Shown: positions 1-7,992 of the stretch, piece after piece
How the letters are laid out: the number at the start of each line of letters is the position of its first letter
Position numbering within the stretch: the stretch's first letter is position 1
NCBI RefSeq assembly: GCF_006345805.1
Contig: NW_021825024.1
Coordinates: forward strand, 1 to 16,912
Length of the DNA stretch: 16,912 nt
DNA from: Octopus sinensis
Taxonomy: Eukaryota
Direction: 5' to 3'
The notes under the pieces: generated by a model
What the model saw: only the letters and a program-made list of their open reading frames with translations
Databases searched by the model: none
Told to the model about the DNA's origin: nothing
Made by a program: the position numbers and the translations under genes

Positions 1-6
1 ATATGG

Positions 7-180
7 ATGCAGGCATATATGTATGCATGTATATATGTATGTATATATGTATGTATGTATGTATGTATGCATGCATGTACGTATGTATGTATGTATATAT
101 GTATGTATGTATGTATGCATGTATGTATGCGTGTATGTATGTATGTATGTATGTATGTATGTATGTTTGTATGTATGTAT
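7..180. repeat. (TGTA)n/(TATG)n microsatellite
   Basis: Direct tandem tetranucleotide repeat; it explains ORF 7..195. Confidence 0.97.
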
Positions 181-530
181 AGGTCAATGAAATAACCTCA
201 AGCACCCCCTCTGTAATCTTCTTCCCTCACCAAACACAATCTCATCGAATTTCAAACGTATTTCTTTCCTCTTAATTTTTCAATTTAGTTTTCCATTTAT
301 AGTTGCCGTAGTTCTTGTTAAAACGGCGTAATTATTTCAGCGCGGGACAGAATTCATTTTGAACTTAGTCATGGTACTTTTGATTCCAATTTCCAATTCT
401 GCAAAGGCTAAATTACCATTCCTTTCTTTCGTACTTTATAAAATAAAATCCCACGCAAATACCGAGGACAATATAAATCGACTGAACCATTCTCCGAAAT
501 GGGTGTATATATGTGGGTTTTCATTCATGA

Positions 531-672
531 GAATGAGAATCCAGGTTCGAAATTCCACTAGGACACCTGAAGAAGACTGGAGGGGTATATCAGCCAAAAC
601 GTTATGTTAACAACAAACAAGATGAGGACAAATATCCGTCAAATGTAAATAATGTAAATAATGTACATAATT
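531..672 (+). mobile_element. 3' part of a short hammerhead-containing repeat (copy 1; 5'-truncated, no head visible)
   Basis: About 140 nt closely match the reverse complement of 8483-8622 (ATGAGAA.CCAGGTTCGAAATT...GACAC.TGA.GAAG.CTGGAG.GTATATCAGC..AAACG.T.TGTTAACA.CAAACAAGATGAGGACAAATATCC.TCAAATGTAAATAATGTAAATAATG); ends in AATGTAAAT tandem units. Confidence 0.8.
562..608 (+). ncRNA. Degenerate minimal type I hammerhead ribozyme motif
   Basis: GACAC-CTGAAGA-A-GACTG[loop]CAGCC-AAA-ACGT-T-ATGTT. The core CUGANGA is intact and stem III is the palindrome ACGU. G12 is changed to A (596), and stems I and II each have one mismatch, so this copy is probably inactive. Confidence 0.6.
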
Positions 673-697
673 CCTCATCTCTCAAATATAGAACTGT

Positions 698-787
698 GGT
701 ACTTATTTTATGAACCCCTTCGGCAGAATATGAACCCCGAACCGTTAAGCAGTTTGCTAACAACGATTCTGCCAGCTCTCTGCCTTC
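698..787 (-). mobile_element. Highly degenerate, internally deleted SINE family A copy
   Basis: Minus strand reads AAGGCAGAGAGCTGGCAGAATCGTT...GGTTCATATTCTGCCGA...AAATAAGTACCA, matching the head and core of the family A copies elsewhere in the window. Confidence 0.55.
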
Positions 788-949
788 GAAAAACAATCTA
801 AACATTGCATGGCATTTAATAAATTTCAACGAATTATCGCTTTCCACAAGCTGGCTGCTCTTTGGGAAGGCACTAAAAAAAACGTTAAAAGACCCATTAA
901 CATCAATGACTTGTGTGTTATTAAATTTACGGTTTGTTATGATTCTCAC

Positions 950-1050
950 CATTTCCAACGACCTCAACAGACTTTCGTTGTTTTGCTCAACTTTATCATT
1001 GTCATCATTAGGCACGATATTCTCGTTACTGTCATCATCAACTTTAGATT
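950..1050 (-). CDS. Candidate 101-nt internal coding exon (acidic peptide xSKVDDDSNENIVPNDDNDKVEQNNESLLRSLEM), gene unknown
   Basis: Unique non-repeat sequence; acceptor TTGTTGTTTTAG| at 1051-1062, donor ATG|GTGAGA at 949; open frame, phase 1 in and phase 0 out. No recognised homology. Confidence 0.35.
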
Positions 1051-1151
1051 CTAAAACAACAATTACAAGTGAACTACTGACATTCAAGCAACACACCAAT
1101 ATAAACAAATCTCGTCTATTACGATAACAATAGCGGGGATCGGGGATGGTG

Positions 1152-1203
1152 AACAGTTTGGTTAGGAAGGGAAAACATTCAGTCATTGAAATGGGCGCAG
1201 TCG
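1152..1203 (+). repeat. 52-nt direct repeat, left copy (partner 1658-1709)
   Basis: AACAGTTTGGTTAGGAAGGGAAAACATTCAGTCATTGAAATGGGCGCAGTCG versus the second copy: 4 mismatches in 52 nt. Confidence 0.9.
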
Positions 1204-1204
1204 A

Positions 1205-1416
1205 AGGCGGCCATCTGGCAGAATCGTTAGCACACCGGCCAAAATGATTTGTGGTATTTCGCCAGACTTTATGTTGTGAGTTCAAATCCCGCTGTGGTCG
1301 ACTTTAGCTTTTATCCTTCCGAAGTCGATAAATTAAGTACCAGTTGTGTACTGGGGTCGATCTAACTGACTAGTCCCCTCCCACCAAATTTCAGACCTTG
1401 TGCCTTTAGTAGAAAA
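1205..1416 (+). mobile_element. tRNA-derived SINE family A monomer (tail Y)
   Basis: Head AGGCGGC..CTGGCAGAATCGTTAGCAC, B-box-like GAGTTCAAATCC, core GTCGACTTT...ATCCTT..GTCGATAAATTAAGTACCAG, tail ...CCTTGTGCCTTTAGTAGAAA; multiple homologous copies in the window. Confidence 0.88.
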
Positions 1417-1431
1417 CATTATTATTATTAA

Positions 1432-1646
1432 GGCGGCGAGCTGGCGGAAACGTTAGCACGCCGGGCGAAATGCTTGGCAGTATTTCGTCTACCGCTACGT
1501 TGTGAGTTCAAATTCCGCTGAGGTCGACTTTGCCTTTTATCCTTTCGAAGTCGATAAATTAAGTACCAGTTGCGTACTGGGGTTGATCTAATCGACTGGT
1601 CCCCCTTCCCCCAAAATTTCGGGCCTTGTGCCTAGAGTAGAAGAGA
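1432..1646 (+). mobile_element. tRNA-derived SINE family A monomer (tail Y)
   Basis: Same architecture as 1205-1416, head-to-tail with it and separated by (ATT)n. Confidence 0.9.
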
Positions 1647-1657
1647 ATAGAGAGGGA

Positions 1658-1709
1658 AACAGTTTGGTCAGGAAGGGAAAACATTTAGTCCTTGAAATGG
1701 GTGCAGTCG
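1658..1709 (+). repeat. 52-nt direct repeat, right copy; its last ~10 nt overlap the SINE B head
   Basis: AACAGTTTGGTCAGGAAGGGAAAACATTTAGTCCTTGAAATGGGTGCAGTCG. Confidence 0.9.
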
Positions 1710-2105
1710 TGGGTGTGTGGTAAGAAGCTTGTTTCCTAACCACATGGTTCCAGGTTCACTCTTACAGCGTGGCACCTTAGGCAAGTATCTTCTACTATAG
1801 CCTCGGTTCGACCAAAACCTTATGAGAGGATTTGGTATACCGAAATTGAAAGAAGTCCGTCATATGTGTGTGTGTGTGTGTCTGTCTATCTGTGCATGTG
1901 TGTCCTTGTGTCTGTGTTTGTCCCGCACTACCGCTTGACAGCCGGTGTTGGCGTGTTTACGTCTCCGTAATTTAACGGTTTGGTAAAACCGACCTAAATA
2001 GTTAAGAGGCTCTAAAAAAAAGTCCATGAGTTGATTCATTCGACTAAAATTCTTTAAGGCGGTACCCCAGCATGGCCGCATCTAATGACTGAAACAAATA
2101 AAAAA
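1699..2105 (+). mobile_element. Full-length tRNA-derived SINE family B (CORE-like domain, internal (TG)n)
   Basis: A-box-like GTGTGTGG, B-box-like GGTTCACTC, GTGGCACCTTAGGCAAGT resembling the MIR CORE motif (GACCTTGGGCAAGT), internal TG repeat, 3' ...CAGCATGGCCGCA..TAATGACTGAAACAAATAAAA; homologous to 12841-13224. Confidence 0.88.
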
Positions 2106-2239
2106 CAAATTATAGAAAACATGAAATGAACAAGGTCACTCGAACTGCTAGAAATAGTAACTAAATCTCCCTGAAATCACACCCGTCCCTCTTTAAAACA
2201 AACAGACATTATAAATGTGTTCCTCGAAATAGTTTATAT

Positions 2240-2609
2240 CTTTTTCTACTCTAGGCACAAGGCCTGAAATTTTGGGGAAGGGGCCAGTCGATTAGATAAA
2301 TTAATTTATCGACCCGGAAATGATGAAATGCAAAGTTGACTACCGCGGAATTTAAACTCAGAACATATAGACAGACGAAATACCTATTTCTTTACTACCA
2401 CAAGGGGTTAAACACAGAGAGGACAAAGAAAGATAGACAAACGGATTAAGTCGATTACATCGACCTCAGTGTGTAACTGGCACTTATTTAATCGACCCCG
2501 AAAGGATGAAAGGCAAAGTCCAAGAACTTGAACTCAGAACGTAGCGACAGACGAAATACGGCTACGCATTTCGCCTGGCGTACTAACGATTCTGCCAGTT
2601 CGCCGCCTT
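2240..2609 (-). mobile_element. Dimeric SINE family A (head-core-tail X, then partial head-core-tail Y) with a degenerate 16-nt TSD
   Basis: Two family A units on the minus strand; flanks TCGAAATAGTTTATAT (2224-2239) and TCGAGGGAGTTTATAT (2610-2625) match at 13/16. Confidence 0.85.
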
Positions 2610-2889
2610 TCGAGGGAGTTTATATAAAAAACATAAGTCTGGTCGAGTAAGGACTGCTCGATCTAGGTTAAAATGGTGCCAAAATGGTGCCAAAAACATA
2701 AAACAATCTCGGTAAGAGTTTCGTAAAATATTCACATCAGGACAGAGTGTTAAACTGAGGCCATTAAAGGCAAAATATCCAGAGAGAAGATTTATCCTTT
2801 CAACTCGTAAAAAGTTTGTTTAACATTTGTATTAGCTGTAATACTGATTGATCTTTTGGTGTATTTGAAATATTCCCAAACCACCGAAA

Positions 2890-3010
2890 CTAACTGACAG
2901 GCAGACAGCTGGCCTCCAGCAGTTTCTTTGCCTTGTCAATCACAGCCATTGGTCAGTGCACGGTCACTAGTTAATTACACCAAACTGCAACATTCCAAAC
3001 TGACAGTGTC
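2890..3010. promoter_or_regulatory. Candidate TALE (Pbx/Meis/Prep) plus CCAAT motif cluster
   Basis: TGACAG at 2895-2900 and 3001-3006; TGATTGACAA (minus, 2933-2942) lies 5 nt from CCAAT (minus, 2948-2952). Motif match only. Confidence 0.25.
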
Positions 3011-3036
3011 TAAATAAAAAGTACACACCGAACACG

Positions 3037-3041
<5 letters not shown>

Positions 3042-3117
<76 letters not shown>
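3042..3117. repeat. (CT)n microsatellite
   Basis: Pure dinucleotide tract. Confidence 0.98.
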
Positions 3118-3124
<7 letters not shown>

Positions 3125-3900
3125 ATCTCTTGCTCTCTTTTTTTTGTTTATACAATAAGAAACGAGACGCCATGTTTGGTTGATATAAGACGCAATTTAC
3201 AACTTACCCCTTCACTTTAAATGATTGCTGTTTCCGCTTTCTGTTATGGTATTTTTCGCTTTTGCAGCTACTGGATTAAGTCATTCATTCGCCAAAAAGT
3301 AGGTTAGTATTTAACAAGAAAAAAATGGTGATATATATTTCTTGTCTCTTTTCATTAAATAAGCAACACTAAAGACAGGTAACTCATCATGTTCTCGACA
3401 TTATCGTAGTGTGAGATCATTTACTATTTGAAGAAAAAAAATGTTCACATAAAGAACATGTTTATAAGGAAGCAGTGAAGGAAACTCTCTGATATTTGGG
3501 AATATGAACAATGGAATAAATAGCGGGAGGTGAAATAGGCGGCTCAGTCGGCATCGCAATTCTAATTAACTCGTATTTTACAGCTTGGAATAGACCTCTC
3601 ATTTGGAGAAATTGTAAAAGAATCGATGTACTTTCTTAAACTCACACGCACGTAGACACACACACACACCCATATATAGAAACTCAGGCACGACGGGTTT
3701 TCACAGCGGTTCCATCTTCCAAATTTCTTTCAAAAGGCATTTGTCAAGTGAAGACTAATTTAGAAGACGTTTCTCTGAGGTGTTATGCGCTGAGATCGGA
3801 AATAAAACGATGGGATGGCGAAACGAAAGTCCCAACAACACATCATTTAGCCCATGCCTATCTGTATACACAAGCACAAACACGAATATATATATAAAAA

Positions 3901-4345
3901 TTTGATAGGTTTCGGCCAGTATAGGCCTAGGCCATGTCTAACTTAACAGCACCACCTGGTGAAGTCTTTTAGTCATATATGGGGTACCATGGCCCACCCT
4001 AGCCAGAGGTTATTATTATTGGAGACATATCCGGGTGTAGGAGGTTGGTCTGGAATTTTTTGAAGAAATTTATCCAGTGAACGTTTGAACTTTATGGGAT
4101 CAGTTTCCGTTTGGACGTATTTTGGTATGGTATTAAAGAGAGCTGGACCGGTTGAGGTAAAGTAATTCTGACGTAATGTTGTTACGTGTCCTCAGTTCGA
4201 CTTTTGTAGTGGGCGGATAGTACAGGGGCCAAGTATTGGATGGAATTTAAAGTTGATGTCAGCATCATTTGTGCAATACTGATGGAATATTTTCCACATC
4301 ACACAAATGATGTAGCGTTCCAGCGGCGTCGGTGAGAGCAGAGAT
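3901..4345 (-). mobile_element. 3' fragment of a CR1/L2-group non-LTR retrotransposon (ORF2 C-terminus plus 3' UTR), pseudogenised
   Basis: Hand translation, not in the ORF track: NLCSHRRR/(frameshift)ERYIICVMWKIFHQYCTNDADINFKFHPILGPCTIRPLQKSN*GHVTTLRQNYFTSTGPALFNTIPKYVQTETDPIKFKRSLDKFLQKIPDQPPTPGYVSNNNNLWLGWAMVPHI*. This fits the SLxRRRERY...LFNxIP...FKxxLDKFL pattern typical of CR1/L2 ORF2 ends. One stop at 4192-4194. Confidence 0.8.
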
Positions 4346-4705
4346 TTTTTGTTTTCCTAAAATAACAGAGTCGAGACTATTGAAAAGGTTGCAAGACGCA
4401 ACGAAAATTTTCGGAAAATAAAAATAAAAAATAAGTGGAAATTTTATCGGTGAGTGTGTTACATTCATTATAAGGCACAAAAAGAAAATTACTCTCTCCA
4501 GACACAACAGAATATGCTTCAACACACGAACTCACATAAAGAATCTTGCGAACCACATCCAAAAACGAAATAAATTCATATTGCTTCATATAAATATATG
4601 CAGCGATTTATGCATTATTAGTACGGTCTCATTGGGGCATATAAGTATGACATTGATCGAAGAGGAATTTCCCCTGCTATTAGTTTGAATTAGGGTTGGT
4701 AGTAT

Positions 4706-4707
<2 letters not shown>

Positions 4708-4748
<41 letters not shown>

Positions 4749-4947
4749 TGTGTGTGTTTGTCTCCTACCATCGCTTGACAAGCGATGTTGGTGTGTTTAC
4801 GTCCCCGTAAATTAGTGGTTCGGCAAAAGAGACCGATAGAATAAGTACTAGGCTAACAAAGAATAAGTCCTGGGGTCTATGTATTCGACTAAAGGCGGTG
4901 CTCCAGCATGGCCGCAGTCAACATGACTGAAACAAATAAAAGAAAAG
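4708..4947 (+). mobile_element. SINE family B, 3' half starting in (TG)n
   Basis: CCATCGCTTGACAAGCGATGTTGGTGTGTTTACGTCCCCGTAA...CAGCATGGCCGCAGTCAACATGACTGAAACAAATAAAAG matches the other B copies. Confidence 0.9.
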
Positions 4948-5034
4948 CAAGAAGAAAAGAATATATTTTACACGCACAAGCATGTATATAGTCATATTAG
5001 TATATGTATATATGTATATATATGTGTGTATGTG

Positions 5035-5086
5035 TAACTTAACAGCTCCACCTAGTGAAGTGTTTTAGTCATATATGGGGCACCAT
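5035..5086 (-). mobile_element. Isolated 52-nt copy of the LINE 3' end region (homologous to 3939-3990)
   Basis: 48/52 identity to 3939-3990. Confidence 0.8.
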
Positions 5087-5247
5087 ATATTATTATTATT
5101 ATTATTATATCTGTATATATGTGTGTGTATGTGTGTGTGTGTGTTTTGTACGCATGTATATGTGTAATATATATGGAGGATGGTTTATACATGAATATAG
5201 ATATACAGGAACATTGTGTATAACACACACACACACACACACAACAC

Positions 5248-6570
5248 ATCCAAAGCCTCTATACTGTTATCCCTCACCACGAAGGACTGCAGGCCCTTCG
5301 ACACTTTCTTGACCTCCGCTCTAACCCTGTACCTGACACCTCCACACTCATTCGTCTGGCCGAACTTGTCCTTACTCTGAACTGCTTCTCGTTCGCGGGC
5401 GAGTTCTACCATCAGGTCTCGGGAGTGGCCATGGGAACGCGAATGGGCCCCAACTATGCGAACCTGTTCGTTGGCTATGTTGAGGCCCAAATATTCTCTA
5501 ATTTCACTGGTCCTACTCCTGAACTATATGGTCGTTATATTGACGACATTATCGGTGCCACCTCACTCTCCCGCGAACATCTAGATCCTTCCTCTCTTTC
5601 GTCCAATCTTTCCATCCAGCCCTCCACTTCACTTCCACTATCTCCAACACCTCTGTCTCCTTCCTCGACATTTCGGTTAGCATTCTTCACTCCACTCTTA
5701 CCACCTCCATTCACTACAAACACACAGACTCACACTCATACCTCAACTTCTCTTCCTCCCACCCAGAACACACCAAGCTTTCCATCCCCTATTCCCAATT
5801 CCTCCGTCTACGTAGGCTCTGTAGTGATGACCATGACTTTGAGACTCAGTCTCAAGTATGGCCCACCACTTCACCCTACGTGGATACCCCCTCACCACTA
5901 TCCACACCGCCCTTGCCAGAGCACGGTCCGTGGACCGTGTATCTGCTCTCTCTCCCCGAACCCGCCCTGTAGTCTCCCGCCCCCCTTTTCCCCTCACTTA
6001 CCACCCCACGACCCTACGTCTCCAACGCACCATTCTTCGAGCTTTCCGTCATCTCCAGTCCGACCCGTCCACTTCACACCTCTTCCCTAACCGACCCCTC
6101 CCCTCTTCAAACGAGCCCACAACCTTCGAGACCTTTTGGTCCATAGCTCCTTCCCTGACCCTACCTCCCAACCCGGCTCGTTCCCCTGCTCCCGCCCACG
6201 TTGCCGCACTTGCCCTTACCTCTCCAACACCACCCGCCTCACTAGCACCACCATCTCGACCCTATCCCATCATCCACTCCTTCACCTGCACCTCCAGCAA
6301 TATATCTATTGCATCTCTTGCTCTCTCTGCAATTCCTTGTACATCGGACAAAGGGGACGCCGCTTGGCTGACCGGTTCGCGGAACACCTTCGTGACATCC
6401 ACCTTGCGAACGACACACCGGTCTCACGCCATTCCGCTCCACCGGTCACTCCTTGCAACACCTATCTGTGTTCGGTTTGTCCTTACACAGAGGCCATCCG
6501 GATTCCCGTTTGCGCCGTGAACAGGAATTAATCTTCTCTCTTCGCTCTTATACGCCATTTGTCTCAACTC
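5248..6570 (+). pseudogene. Frameshifted PLE reverse transcriptase / GIY-YIG endonuclease ORF
   Basis: Reconstruction: IQSLYTVIPHHEGL (RT motif A remnant)...QVSGVAMGTRMGPNYANLF (motif B')...YGRYIDD (YIDD 5536-5547)...FHPALHFT...SFLDISV...HYKHTDSHSYLNFSSSHP...SIPYSQFLRLRRLCSD...RGYP...LTYHP...FKRAHNLRDLLV...CSRPRCRTCPY...FTCTSSNI(I)YCISCSLCNSLYIGQ (YIG 6340-6348)...RLADRFAEH...REQELIFSLRSYTPF(G)LN; about 7 frameshifts. The CX4CX2C linker is as described for Neptune/Nematis/Naiad-type PLEs. Confidence 0.93.
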
Positions 6571-6875
6571 TCCCCCCCTCCTCATCTAACCTCACCCCCC
6601 TCTCACCTATCCTTTCTCCCCCCGACCCCTACTTCTTCAGTCCTTCATCCTTTCCCCCCTACTCCCCTTCCCTTCTTCCCTCTTTCTCCCTCCCTCTTCC
6701 CCTTCCCTCTGCTCCCTCACTCCTCTCTCCCCTTCTCTCTCCCCCTCTTTCCTCCTTCATCCCCCTCATCCCCTTCCTTCTCCCCCATCCTCTCCTCTCC
6801 CCCTTCTTCTCCCCCCCTCTTCTTCCCCTCCCCTTCTCTCCCCCCTCTTCTCCCCCTCCCCTCTTCTCCTCACTA
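6570..6875. repeat. C/T-only low-complexity tract in the PLE 3' region
   Basis: Almost purely pyrimidine on the + strand; explains the Pro/Ser/Leu-rich ORFs. Confidence 0.9.
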
Positions 6876-6911
6876 CACCACATGACTTTACACATCACAT
6901 CACATATGATG

Positions 6912-7239
6912 TGCCATACTAATACACACACCAACTAATACATACTAATACGTACTAATACATACTAGTACATACTAATACTTACACCAACCCTATACAT
7001 ACACACGTCCAGACCCCGCATACGCACTTATACTCTCTCACACACACACACACACCTATACATACCAATACGTACTAATACATACTAATACATACACCAA
7101 CCCCATACATACGCACGTCCAGACCAATCTTACGCACTAATACTCTCTCATACACACACACACACCACACACACACCCTAACATACTAATACATACACCA
7201 ACCCTATACATACACACATCCAGACCCCTCCCACGCACT
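6912..7239 (+). repeat. Compound minisatellite: three ~58-nt cores with period ~100-110 nt, plus CATACTAATA 10-mers
   Basis: CATACTAATAC.TACACCAACCC.ATACATAC.CAC.TCCAGACC...ACGCACT at 6971-7028, 7081-7138 and 7182-7239. Confidence 0.88.
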
Positions 7240-7411
7240 TTTAGCTGGTCCCTCAACCCACTTATCAACCCTATTATCTCCCCTTATTTCGCTCTCGCGT
7301 CTCATGTTTGATCTTTGACCTCTGGCCGAAATCAGATCGCCATGTTGATTCGTTAGCTACTGCACGCATTTTTTTTCTCTCCTTCTTTCTGTGTTTTTCT
7401 ATCTCTGTGTA

Positions 7412-7449
7412 TCTTTCTGTTGAAGAGCGTAGGCTCGAAACGTTAAAGA
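7412..7449 (+). ncRNA. Minimal type I hammerhead ribozyme variant (core CUGUUGA, A6U)
   Basis: TCTTT-CTGTTGA-A-GAGC[GTAG]GCTC-GAA-ACGT-T-AAAGA: perfect 5-bp stem I, perfect 4-bp stem II, GAAA, palindromic ACGU stem III; predicted GUU cleavage after 7444. Confidence 0.7.
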
Positions 7450-7546
7450 CTTGTTTTATTTATATTTCCTGAGCGCCATACTAATACAATTGTTCGTTTG
7501 TTTTCCACCTGCCTTCGTCTTTTGTTTATTTTCATAAAGCTTCCCG

Positions 7547-7548
<2 letters not shown>

Positions 7549-7582
<34 letters not shown>
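7549..7582. repeat. (TA)n microsatellite abutting the PLE 3' end
   Basis: Direct tandem repeat. Confidence 0.95.
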
Positions 7583-7593
<11 letters not shown>

Positions 7594-7700
7594 ATATATG
7601 TATATATACACATATAAATGCATATAAATGATATGTACCACGTGAGAAAAAATGTCGAAATGTATAGTGTTCTTAAATATATATGTATGTGTGTGTGTGT

Positions 7701-7733
<33 letters not shown>

Positions 7734-7919
7734 TGTAATGTATTAAACCTATATTAAACTTATCCGGATCTCAAACTGTGAGGAAAGCATTCAGATCGTG
7801 ACGGGATGATGATGGACCGTTGGTATTAGAGCCATCGTTGTATATATGTTTGTACGTAAGATGATTATAAGCACTCCAGCAGCACGTGCTGTGTATCTAT
7901 TCAACACGCGTGCGCACCC

Positions 7920-7920
<1 letters not shown>

Positions 7921-7991
<71 letters not shown>

Positions 7992-7992
7992 T
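7921..7992. repeat. (TG)n microsatellite
   Basis: Direct tandem repeat. Confidence 0.97.

Larger units (their letters stand above)
5247..7548 (+). mobile_element. 5'-truncated Penelope-like retroelement (RT + Cys-rich linker + GIY-YIG, long 3' region with hammerhead)
   Basis: Coding remnant 5248-6570, then a pyrimidine-rich tract, a minisatellite, a hammerhead at 7412-7449 and a terminus abutting (TA)n. That 6570-7548 belongs to the same element is inferred from the typical PLE layout. Confidence 0.85.

Noticed and set aside
602-1285. 227-aa minus-strand ORF as a gene
   Set aside because: Both ends run through SINE and hammerhead-repeat sequence; only 950-1050 has exon-like signals.
2670-2691. 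Tandem 11-mer AAAATGGTGCC x2
   Set aside because: A small slippage duplication with no further structure.
2896-2950. Minus-strand mini-ORF MAVIDKAKKLLEASCLPVS
   Set aside because: Only 19 codons, with no convincing splice donor or recognisable homology.
3905-3940. GGCC-TATACT-GGCC-GAAA (minus) as hammerhead stem II
   Set aside because: No CUGANGA upstream.
6912-7239. CRISPR-like repeat-spacer array
   Set aside because: Eukaryotic context, spacers are low-complexity and similar to each other, and there are no cas genes.
7305-7345. GATCT...GGCCGAAATC-AGATC as a second PLE hammerhead
   Set aside because: The core CUGANGA and stem II are absent; at most a heavily decayed remnant.
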